Assembly (NCBI GenBank): GCA_050178385.1
Contig: JBFXGD010000064.1
Span: 1 to 17,223, forward strand
Length of the DNA stretch: 17,223 bases
Direction: 5' to 3'
Source: Calditrichaceae bacterium
GTDB lineage: Bacteria > Calditrichota > Calditrichia > Calditrichales > JBFXGD01
Part shown: positions 7,772 to 16,121 of the stretch, piece by piece
Layout of the letters: the number at the start of each line of letters is the position of its first letter
How positions within the stretch are numbered: the stretch's first letter is position 1
The notes under the pieces: model-generated
Seen by the model: only the letters and a program-made list of their open reading frames with translations
Database searches by the model: none
What the model was told of the DNA's origin: nothing
Made by a program: the position numbers and the translations under genes

Positions 7772-8788
7772 ATGAAGAAAATTATTGTTTTACTCGTCTT
7801 GTTTTCAGTCATGTTGTTTTCATGCTCTCAAAAGGAGAAAAGTGTTAAACTGGAAAAGGGTTCACCCGCCTATCAGTTAGGGGTTGATATCTCAGCAAAG
7901 CTCGCATATCTCGATCCTGAGAAAAACGAAGTGTTAGCGTCATCCAGCGCGTTTGACATCACCGCCGGGGAAGTTCTGGAAACCATTCAGACAAATTTTG
8001 GCGCCCGCGCCGGACAATTGAAATCAATGGATGTCAATACTCTTAACCGAATCATGAAAGACGTGGTCCAAAATTTGGCCGATAAAAAAATCCTCCTGAC
8101 CGCGGCTAAAAAAGGCGGTTCCAAAGTTGCTGAAACTGAAATAGACAGCCTTTTGAATCAGCAATATCTTAGAGCCGGTAGCAAGGAAAAATTTATTGAA
8201 TATCTTACAAAAGCCGGTATGGATTTAGAGTATGTCCGCAATGATATGCGCGATGCTCTGACTATTCAGCATTTTCTTGATAAAAAGCTAGCAGGTGAAA
8301 CAAATGTAACGGAAGAGGAAATCAATGAAGTTTATAATCAGGACCAGACCGCGAGTGTACGTCATATTCTCTTAAGCACCCAGGGGAAAAACGACTCACT
8401 TAAACAGGAAGTTTATAAAAAGATGGAAGAAATCCTTGCCCGCGCCAAAAAGGGTGAAGATTTCGCAAAGCTCGCCAAAACCTATACTGAAGATCCCGGA
8501 TCCAAAGAAAATGGCGGACTATATGAAGATTTCGGAAGAGGCGCCATGGTACCGCCATTCGACAAAGCGGCGTTTTCGGTGCCGGTCGGGGAAATCTCTG
8601 ATATCGTGGAGACGCAGTACGGTTATCATATCCTGAAAATCGTCGACAGGAAAAAGGATACCCGGCCGTTCGAAGAAGTCCGCGCTGAGCTTGAAGCTGA
8701 ATTAAAGAGGAATAAACAAAATACGGCATATGAAACCTATATCGAAAATTTGAAAACAGAGACCAATTTTAAACTGACAGAATTTTAG
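7772..8788 (+). CDS. Parvulin/PpiC-type peptidyl-prolyl isomerase lipoprotein (PrsA/SurA-like foldase)
   Basis: Lipobox LFSC, SurA-N-like helical region, rotamase motifs VRHILL, GEDFAKLAKTYTEDPGSKENGG, MVPPFDKAAF and ISDIVETQYGYHILK. GGAG SD. Confidence 0.93.
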   Translation: MKKIIVLLVLFSVMLFSCSQKEKSVKLEKGSPAYQLGVDISAKLAYLDPEKNEVLASSSAFDITAGEVLETIQTNFGARAGQLKSMDVNTLNRIMKDVVQNLADKKILLTAAKKGGSKVAETEIDSLLNQQYLRAGSKEKFIEYLTKAGMDLEYVRNDMRDALTIQHFLDKKLAGETNVTEEEINEVYNQDQTASVRHILLSTQGKNDSLKQEVYKKMEEILARAKKGEDFAKLAKTYTEDPGSKENGGLYEDFGRGAMVPPFDKAAFSVPVGEISDIVETQYGYHILKIVDRKKDTRPFEEVRAELEAELKRNKQNTAYETYIENLKTETNFKLTEF

Positions 8789-8858
8789 ATTCTTTCGGAT
8801 ACAATTTCCCCTTTTTAACAAGGGGAAGCTCTATCATTCAAAAACTTATGACTTATAT

Positions 8859-8892
8859 AAAAACCGTTTCCACCAAGGAAGCGGTTTTTTTT
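8859..8892. terminator. Probably bidirectional Rho-independent terminator between convergent genes
   Basis: AAAAACCGTTTCC-ACCAA-GGAAGCGGTTTTTTTT: a stem with one G:U pair, an A-run before and a T-run after. Confidence 0.85.
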
Positions 8893-8936
8893 CACCTTCA
8901 TTCGCCTTTAGAATCATAACAATCCCCATCGATTTA

Positions 8937-9305
8937 TTACCATCCCGGACGATGTCGCGCTTTTAAAACAACTGCGATGATCAACACGGTAAAAAACAGG
9001 ATGACTGTCACCAAATCCACCAAAAACGAACTGAATTCAAGTCCGGTAAGCTGATCCAGTAAAAATTTTATATATGATGATGGCATATCCGTAATACCTG
9101 CATTTCTCCTTATCTGCCAATGCCAGCCAGTGCAGGGGCAGTAACCCCAGCCATAAAAGAGCCCAAGACCAAACCAGGAAAGCGCTGTAAGAGAAATACT
9201 GTAAAAATGCAGTTCTCTGGTCTTTTTCCATATCCATCCGGATAGATTGAAAATGATCAAAACTGAATGAAATACATAAAAAAAAAGATTAAGGAAATCA
9301 TACAT
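8937..9305 (-). CDS. DUF2784-like small membrane protein
   Basis: Three hydrophobic segments and the motifs FH..LI.FNL.GW, LH and GWGYCPCT.WHWQIR..AG...SYIKFL, which resemble DUF2784 (recognised from memory, not searched). Confidence 0.75.
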   Translation of the reverse strand: MYDFLNLFFYVFHSVLIIFNLSGWIWKKTRELHFYSISLTALSWFGLGLFYGWGYCPCTGWHWQIRRNAGITDMPSSYIKFLLDQLTGLEFSSFLVDLVTVILFFTVLIIAVVLKARHRPGW

Positions 9306-9469
9306 ACTTTATCCCTGACAAATATAATCCGGGTAAATTCTACTCTCTCACCGGTGAATGGCATTCAAAACCAGCGTTGAACTTCTCCTAATTGTCTATC
9401 ACAGGAATAAAAACCGATTATTTTTATTTAGATACTTAATACAAAACCGCTGCATTTCGAAGTAATCCT

Positions 9470-10672
9470 ATGAATAATTTAACTGAAGAAAGCACGGATG
9501 CGCCACATAAAAGAATGATTCTTCCAGATCCGGTCGATAAAAGCGATGATTTAGCCGTTATCGGTATCGACTGCCTCTCTCTCCCCGCGCGGTTTTCAGG
9601 CGCGGCCATATATATTTATCATCTTGCCGCCGGCCTTTTAAAATCTCACAGGGACTTCCGGATCATCCTGTTCTGTAAACCCGAGCATATGAAGCTTTTT
9701 GAACCGGACCTGCAGAATCAGGACAGAATTTTTCCGGTTCCGCTTAAAAACAGGCTCCATCTGTTATACTTTTATGAATATCGCCTGCAAAAAATCCTGC
9801 TCAGTGAGAATGTCGGTCTGTTTCACGCGACTCATTATATCTGCCCGCCGATCCATCCGGCCTACAAAATGATCACGACTTTTCATGATATGGGATTCAT
9901 ACAGCATCCTGCGAATTATCCGTTTGCGAAGAGACTTTACTTTGGATTACGTATTCCACATTTTCTCAGGCGCGCCGATCTGGTGATAACGGTATCACAA
10001 ACAACTCAGGCTTCCATATCGGAGATTTTCCCGCAATTCCGCCATAAACTCCGGGTCATCCATCCCGGGACCGATCATCTTAAGCCAATAATTCCCCTGC
10101 GCGGAACCATTGCGAAAAACAGCAAAAAATACATTCTTGCTGTCAACAGTTTTGAAAAACGGAAAAACATTCCGTTTATCATCAATTTGTTTAACCATTT
10201 AAAAACGGAATATGATCTTCCTCATCAACTTTTTTTAATCGGACACGCAAATAACGGTTATTCTGAAATCAGAAGAGCAATAAAGCGTTCACCTTACAGA
10301 GCCGAGATAAAAATCAGACAATCAATTTCTGATGAAGAATTGACGCAGTTTTACCGGGATGCCGATTTTTTTATTAACGCTTCTGAATACGAAGGATTCG
10401 GCTTTACCCCCTTCGAAGCGATTCGGCATCATCTCCCGGCCTTTATACTTGAAAACGGGGTGACAAGCGAAATTTTTGGCAGCCGGAAAACAATTCTTTC
10501 TGAACCGGATATATCCACTTGGGCGAAGGTGATTATGAGTGAACTGAATTGCGGATTTAAAAACAAAATCACAAAAGATAAAATCGATCCTTTGAACTGG
10601 GACTCATGCATCAGGAAGGTCTCTCAGCTTTACCCCCATACATTAAATATCAGGAGCGCCGTTCGTGCTTAA
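9470..10672 (+). CDS. Glycosyltransferase family 4 (group 1, GT-B)
   Basis: IGID...SGAAIY start, ITTFHDM, ADLVITVSQTT, EKRKN, and the E-X7-E motif SEYEGFGFTPFEA. The exact start codon is uncertain. Confidence 0.9.
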   Translation: MNNLTEESTDAPHKRMILPDPVDKSDDLAVIGIDCLSLPARFSGAAIYIYHLAAGLLKSHRDFRIILFCKPEHMKLFEPDLQNQDRIFPVPLKNRLHLLYFYEYRLQKILLSENVGLFHATHYICPPIHPAYKMITTFHDMGFIQHPANYPFAKRLYFGLRIPHFLRRADLVITVSQTTQASISEIFPQFRHKLRVIHPGTDHLKPIIPLRGTIAKNSKKYILAVNSFEKRKNIPFIINLFNHLKTEYDLPHQLFLIGHANNGYSEIRRAIKRSPYRAEIKIRQSISDEELTQFYRDADFFINASEYEGFGFTPFEAIRHHLPAFILENGVTSEIFGSRKTILSEPDISTWAKVIMSELNCGFKNKITKDKIDPLNWDSCIRKVSQLYPHTLNIRSAVRA

Positions 10673-11516
10673 TGATGAAATTTTATCTACCATAGAAATG
10701 GCTCATGAATTTGGCAGCGCCTTTAGCCGCGATCAGGTACACCGTTTTTTAAGAATTCCGGTCTCAACGCAAACATTCAATAATCGTATCAATGATCTGA
10801 TCGATGAAGGAATAATCGCGGAGAAAAATTCGCGGCTCATGAGAGGCGAGCCCGAAAACCGATGCGGTGAAAAGCGGCAATTCAGCCGGGCTCTGATAAA
10901 ACGATATTATTTTGACCTGAAAATTCTTTCCCACATGCCATGGGTTCGATTTATCGGTCTGACCGGGGCGAATGCTTTTGAATCATGTAAGCAGGATGAT
11001 GATATCGATCTCTTCCTTGTAACAAATGTGGATAAGTTGTGGATAACCTATCTCCTGATCGTGTTGTTTGGTAAAATCACCGGCAAAAGAGAACGTCTTT
11101 GTCTGAATTATCTCGTCGATGAAAACAATCTGACTCTTATGCCAAAAAATTATTACGCCGCTGTTCAGTTGGTGCAAATGAAACCTCTTATTAATCAAAC
11201 TTTTAAACAGCGCCTTATTAACAAGAATGCCTGGCTCTTTGATTGCTTACCGAACGCCGGGACTTCTTTTGATTGTGATCCTTTTTATCTGATCCGCAAC
11301 GATAAGAGCCGCGAAAGAAAAAAGCCTTCTTATTTGCTTTCCCGCTTAAACCGCTATATTTACAAAAATTACCGTCGTCGCCTGGAACGCAAATATCCTG
11401 ACCTGATCGGTAACAGTATTATCCTTGGCCCCGGTGTCGCCAAACTTCACCGCGTGGATCATCAGCATATCTATGATAAAAAATTTCATGTTGTCAGGGA
11501 GAAGGCGGTATCATGA
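10665..11516 (+). CDS. Nucleotidyltransferase-like (Pol-beta superfamily) protein with an N-terminal winged-helix-like segment
   Basis: PWVRFIGLTGANA...DDDIDLFLVT resembles hG[GS]-x9-13-DhDh, followed by LW and CLNYLVDE. The GTG start has a GGAG SD and overlaps the GT4 stop. Confidence 0.65.
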   Translation: MLNDEILSTIEMAHEFGSAFSRDQVHRFLRIPVSTQTFNNRINDLIDEGIIAEKNSRLMRGEPENRCGEKRQFSRALIKRYYFDLKILSHMPWVRFIGLTGANAFESCKQDDDIDLFLVTNVDKLWITYLLIVLFGKITGKRERLCLNYLVDENNLTLMPKNYYAAVQLVQMKPLINQTFKQRLINKNAWLFDCLPNAGTSFDCDPFYLIRNDKSRERKKPSYLLSRLNRYIYKNYRRRLERKYPDLIGNSIILGPGVAKLHRVDHQHIYDKKFHVVREKAVS

Positions 11517-12946
11517 AAGTACTTATCAGCCATTCCTATTTTTTAAAACTGGATCCTAAGGAAGCCTTGAACAGCAAGCCTTTCCCGCCGTTAGCGCCGC
11601 TTTATCTCATTGCTTTAATTCGGGATATACCCGGAATTGACATTCAGTTTTATGATGTGATGTTTGACGAAAATGAACAGGGTCTCATCGATGCGCTAAA
11701 TAATTTCAACCCCGATATTTTTATTTTGTATGATGATGATTTTAATTATCTGACAAAAATGTGTCTGAGAAATATGCGGCAAACGATTTTCCGTTTTCTG
11801 GAACGCGTTGATAAAAAATGCATGTTTATCGGTCATGGGTCTGACGCCTCCGATCAGGCTGAAGCATATCTGAATGCCGGATTTGATTTTATTGTTCACC
11901 GGAACGCGGAGAACGTTTTTTATGAATTTCTGAGCTCCGGTGCCGGAACAGTTTCATCAGACATTCTAAAACTGTTACCAAGCGTCTCCTTCATCGACTC
12001 AGACGGCAAGCTGGCAACCGCGCCGCCAAACAAAAAACTGCTCCCACTGGAAAATATGCCGATGGCGGCCTGGGACAAAGTAGATCTAAATCCCTACAGA
12101 AAAATGTGGATAACTTTTCACGGTTTATTCACGTTAAACATTTCCACTTCACACGGTTGTCCGTTTCGCTGCAACTGGTGCGCGAAACCGCTCTATGGGC
12201 GAATCTACAAGGCACGTCCGGCGGACAAAGCGGCCCTGGAGTTTCAGTATCTGTCAAAGACGCTAAAGGCCGATCAAATCTGGGTCACTGATGATATATT
12301 CGCTCTTAAACCGGGATGGATTTCTGAATTTACCGACGCCCTGCAAAAACTGGATGTTAAAATTCCCTATAAAATTCAGTCCCGGGCGGATCTGATGAAC
12401 GACGATCATGTGTCTGAACTGGCCCGCTCCGGATGCGCTGAAATCTGGCTCGGGGTGGAATCCGGTTCTCAAAAAATTCTGGACGCCATGGATAAGGATA
12501 CAACCATTGAACAGATTGTTACGGCAAACCGCGTATTGAAAAAGTACGGGATAAAAGTGGGATTCTTTCTGCAATACGGCTACCCCGGAGAAGATTTTAA
12601 CGATGTAAAAAAAACACTCAAACTCATTCGGCGATGCATGCCTGATCATATCGGTATTTCTGTCTCGTATCCTTTAAAAGGAACAACGTTTTATGACAAA
12701 GTTCATGCGCTAATGGGCGATAAAAAAAACTGGGAGGACAGCGGCGATCTGGCTTTGATGTATCCGGGAAAATTTCATCCCGACTTCTATCGCGCGCTTC
12801 ACAAGTACACGCATCATTATTTCGGATTTCTGTCATTGTTTCGGGATCAGTCAATCTATAACCGGCTGCGGCGATTGGCTGCCCAGTACAGACATGTACC
12901 GGGAATGTTCAAATACCGGGTACAAATGAGACGGTACACGCATTGA
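11513..12946 (+). CDS. Cobalamin-binding (class B-type architecture) radical SAM protein
   Basis: N-terminal PFPPLAPLY B12-binding-type domain, SHGCPFRCNWC (CX3CX2C), DDIF, GVESGSQKILDAMDK and GYPGE. ATGA overlap with the upstream gene. Confidence 0.92.
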   Translation: MKVLISHSYFLKLDPKEALNSKPFPPLAPLYLIALIRDIPGIDIQFYDVMFDENEQGLIDALNNFNPDIFILYDDDFNYLTKMCLRNMRQTIFRFLERVDKKCMFIGHGSDASDQAEAYLNAGFDFIVHRNAENVFYEFLSSGAGTVSSDILKLLPSVSFIDSDGKLATAPPNKKLLPLENMPMAAWDKVDLNPYRKMWITFHGLFTLNISTSHGCPFRCNWCAKPLYGRIYKARPADKAALEFQYLSKTLKADQIWVTDDIFALKPGWISEFTDALQKLDVKIPYKIQSRADLMNDDHVSELARSGCAEIWLGVESGSQKILDAMDKDTTIEQIVTANRVLKKYGIKVGFFLQYGYPGEDFNDVKKTLKLIRRCMPDHIGISVSYPLKGTTFYDKVHALMGDKKNWEDSGDLALMYPGKFHPDFYRALHKYTHHYFGFLSLFRDQSIYNRLRRLAAQYRHVPGMFKYRVQMRRYTH

Positions 12947-13012
12947 TGTATTTAAATATAGAACAAGAAATATGAATCTTTCACAACAATATAATTGACG
13001 GGAAAACCATTA

Positions 13013-14404
13013 ATGAAAGTCATCCTGGCCCACACCTATTTTTTAAAAGAAGACGAGCAGGAAAAAAAGATTATGAAACCATACCCCCCGCTCGGGCTGC
13101 TTTATCTATCCGCTTATCTCAAAGAGAATGACATTGATGTGAGTGTTTTTGACTCGACATTTTCTTCATTCCAAAAACTTATCCGTTTTCTAAACCGCGC
13201 CAAACCGGATGTTCTTGGTATTCATTGTAATCTGTTAACCAAGTATAATGTCATGAAACTCATCCGTTACTGCAGAAAGAAAGGAATTATTTCCGTTCTC
13301 GGCGGGCCTGACGCGTCCACCCAGGTAAAAGAATTTTTGGATTACGGCGCCAACATCGTTATCGCAGGAGAGGGCGAGGAAGTATTTTTAGCGGTTATCA
13401 ACCGTCTTATAAAAAACGGACTGTATTTTCTGCATGATATCCCGAATGTCAGTTTCACGGATTCAAACGGTAAAATTGTGGAGAATCAGCGCTGCGCTAG
13501 CCGGAGAAGTCTGAACGATTTTCCGTTTCCTGACCGGGATGCTATCAATCTGAACAGATATCTGCGGATATGGGAAAAACATCATAAACAGCGCCCTGTT
13601 TCTCTGGTGACCGCGAGAGGATGCGCCTTTACATGCAAATGGTGCAGCCATTCCGTTTACGGATTCACCCACCGGCGCAGATCTCCGGAGAATGTTATTG
13701 CTGAAATAAAAGAAATCATCCAAAAGTATAATCCCACGCACCTGTGGTTCGCCGATGATGTTTTTACGGTTAGTAAACGGTGGCTTCAGAATTTTCATAA
13801 ACTGATGAAAGCCGAACAAATTCATTTGCCTTTTGAATGTATCGCCCGCGCCGACCGGCTGGATGAAGAAATTGTCACCCTGCTAAGAGAGCTTGGCTGC
13901 TACAGAATTTGGTATGGCGCAGAATCTGGCAGTCAGCATGTGCTCAACGCCATGTCCAGAGGCGTCACGCGGCAGCAGATACGCGACGCGACAAATTTAT
14001 GCCGTAAATTTCACATCGAATCCGGTATCTTTGTCATGTTCGGGTATCCCGGCGAAGAACTGACTGATATTCTTGAAACCATACGTTTTATACGCGACCT
14101 GCAGCCAGATCAATATCTCACAACAGTTGCCTATCCACTACGCGGAACCGCCATGTATGAAGAATACAGCGGGAAAGTAATCTATCATTCACCATGGGAA
14201 AAGCAGCTTCAGCGAGAACTGGATATGGCTGACCGGTTCCCAAAACAATTGTATAAATTCGCTTCAAAAAAACTGGCAAGCGAATTCAGAAAAAAACAGC
14301 TGGCTTTGATTGACGGATCAGCGTTTAAAATGATGTTTTACGGTATCAAGACACGATACTGTGATTATCAAATCCGAAAATTTTCATCCATGAGAACCGT
14401 CTGA
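13013..14404 (+). CDS. Second cobalamin-binding radical SAM protein, paralog of 11513-12946
   Basis: MKVILAHTYF..KPYPPLGLLYL, LGGPDAS, GEGE, ARGCAFTCKWC, FADDVF, GAESGSQHVLNAMSR and FGYPGE. ATG 13013 aligns with the paralog's start, so it is preferred over the ORF track's TTG at 12995. Confidence 0.92.
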   Translation: MKVILAHTYFLKEDEQEKKIMKPYPPLGLLYLSAYLKENDIDVSVFDSTFSSFQKLIRFLNRAKPDVLGIHCNLLTKYNVMKLIRYCRKKGIISVLGGPDASTQVKEFLDYGANIVIAGEGEEVFLAVINRLIKNGLYFLHDIPNVSFTDSNGKIVENQRCASRRSLNDFPFPDRDAINLNRYLRIWEKHHKQRPVSLVTARGCAFTCKWCSHSVYGFTHRRRSPENVIAEIKEIIQKYNPTHLWFADDVFTVSKRWLQNFHKLMKAEQIHLPFECIARADRLDEEIVTLLRELGCYRIWYGAESGSQHVLNAMSRGVTRQQIRDATNLCRKFHIESGIFVMFGYPGEELTDILETIRFIRDLQPDQYLTTVAYPLRGTAMYEEYSGKVIYHSPWEKQLQRELDMADRFPKQLYKFASKKLASEFRKKQLALIDGSAFKMMFYGIKTRYCDYQIRKFSSMRTV

Positions 14405-15249
14405 TGATGCCGGCGGAAAAATTATTCGACGGATATGCTGAGTCCTATCAGACCCTGTTCAATGAACATTCATTGGGTATTTATCAACGGGCTGTAATGC
14501 ATGAAGAAATGCGCCCTTTTTTGGAAAAATCTGATCATGTTCTTGATATCGGATGCGGACCCGGATCGGATTTTGAGCTCTACAGCCATTTTGATATTAA
14601 AATCGATGCTATTGATGTTTCAGAAAAAATGGCTGATCTTGCCCGGCGGCGCGCTGATGAACTGCGTCTTGATGCCCGAATCATTCAATCTTCCCTGGAA
14701 GAATTTTTCCCCGCCCGCAAATATGATTTTATCATTCTGAATTTCGGTGTAATTAATGTTTTCGGAAATCTGACTGATATACTGACACGTCTTTCATACA
14801 TGCTGAATAAAAACGGATCCCTTATGATTGTTTCCATGCCTCCATTCCATCTGTTTACCATGCTCGAACTGCTTATCCGCTTCAAATTCGGCCTGATCTT
14901 CAGGAGACTGATAAGGAGACGTCTTGTCATCAGTGCTACAGAGATTTATTACCACGGGGCGAAGCCGTTTCACGTCAATTTCCGCGTCATCCGACGAATC
15001 CATCTTTGTTCAATCCTGCCGTCACCGGAGCAGTACAGCCGCCATCGCGTTTTCCGAAAACTGACGGATTGGCTGATTTCAACCGACAAAAAAATCCGAT
15101 TCTATGTACCCGGTTTCTTTGGCGGCGACCATGTTTGCTATATCCTGACGCACCGGAGCCATGGTAACGCGTCCACCGCAGATGTTCAAACTAAAACAGA
15201 CATGACCATCGTTAACAATGAAGGAGATTTATGGAGAACGGGCCCGTAA
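14404..15249 (+). CDS. Class I SAM-dependent methyltransferase
   Basis: FDGYAESY N-terminus, motif I VLDIGCGPGSD, AIDVSEKM and YDFIILNFGVIN. TGATG overlap with the upstream stop. Confidence 0.9.
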   Translation: MMPAEKLFDGYAESYQTLFNEHSLGIYQRAVMHEEMRPFLEKSDHVLDIGCGPGSDFELYSHFDIKIDAIDVSEKMADLARRRADELRLDARIIQSSLEEFFPARKYDFIILNFGVINVFGNLTDILTRLSYMLNKNGSLMIVSMPPFHLFTMLELLIRFKFGLIFRRLIRRRLVISATEIYYHGAKPFHVNFRVIRRIHLCSILPSPEQYSRHRVFRKLTDWLISTDKKIRFYVPGFFGGDHVCYILTHRSHGNASTADVQTKTDMTIVNNEGDLWRTGP

Positions 15250-16031
15250 AAAGCAAAACGGCTGCAAAAGATCACACACCACCGCAAACTCGCGTCAGGT
15301 ATCTTTCACCGCCGGATACCTTCCTTACATATGAAGAAAAATATCTAAAGCTCAGAAAAAAAGAAGGTAGAATATATACGGATGAAATCGTCAGGCTTCT
15401 CCCCGAAATCGGTAAAAAGCACCCCTATTACAGTGAGTGGAAAATCCGGGCGGAATCATTCCGGCAACTAAAATCCTATTTATCGCAAAGAGGAAACGGG
15501 CTCACGATACTTGAGATCGGCTGCGGCAACGGGTGGCTGGCCCGCCGTCTGACGGCATTGCCAAAAAGTACCGTTTACGGTCTGGATGTAAACAGCATCG
15601 AGCTTGAGCAGGCGGCAAGAGTGTCCGGTTCAAACCCGCAAATTCATTTCGTTTACGGCAATATTTTTGATGATATTTTTCAATCTGAACGTTTTGATAT
15701 CATTCTGCTCGCCAGCTCCGTTCAGTACTTTCCTGATTTAAAGGCGCTGATGGGGCGGTTATTTAGAATTCTTGCCCCGAAAGGGGAAATTCATATCATT
15801 GACAGCCCGGTGTATGACTCCGGTGAAATCATCAAAGCCAGGGAGCGTTCATTTGCTTACTATAAGGATATTGGCTTCCCCGATTTAGCCGGATTATATT
15901 TTCATCATTCATTTGACGACCTGATTTCATTCAATCATCGCGTTTTATTCAATCCCGGCAGATTGTCAAACCGCATTTTCGGAATAATTAGACGCCCGTT
16001 TCCCTGGATCGCAATCGATCAGGGAGAGTGA
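15231..16031 (+). CDS. Class I SAM-dependent methyltransferase
   Basis: Motif I ILEIGCGNGW, GLDVN, FDIILLASSVQYF and LAPKGEIHIIDSP. Strong SD AAGGAG. Confidence 0.9.
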   Translation: MENGPVKSKTAAKDHTPPQTRVRYLSPPDTFLTYEEKYLKLRKKEGRIYTDEIVRLLPEIGKKHPYYSEWKIRAESFRQLKSYLSQRGNGLTILEIGCGNGWLARRLTALPKSTVYGLDVNSIELEQAARVSGSNPQIHFVYGNIFDDIFQSERFDIILLASSVQYFPDLKALMGRLFRILAPKGEIHIIDSPVYDSGEIIKARERSFAYYKDIGFPDLAGLYFHHSFDDLISFNHRVLFNPGRLSNRIFGIIRRPFPWIAIDQGE

Positions 16032-16121
16032 TCCCGCTCAACTGATGAGTATAGGACCCATTTTCAGGATAATCGCTATTGATGAACACCGGTAATGATT
16101 TATATAAGCTCAGGCTCTAAA

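Noticed and set aside
8806..8827. Hairpin TTCCCCTT/AAGGGGAA after the PPIase stop
   Set aside because: It has no U-tract on the plus strand, and the hairpin at 8859-8892 is the better terminator. It may only be an mRNA-stabilising stem.
11513..14404. Naming the radical SAM genes bchE or hpnP
   Set aside because: They share only the general B12-radical SAM architecture, and there are no bacteriochlorophyll or hopanoid genes in the window.
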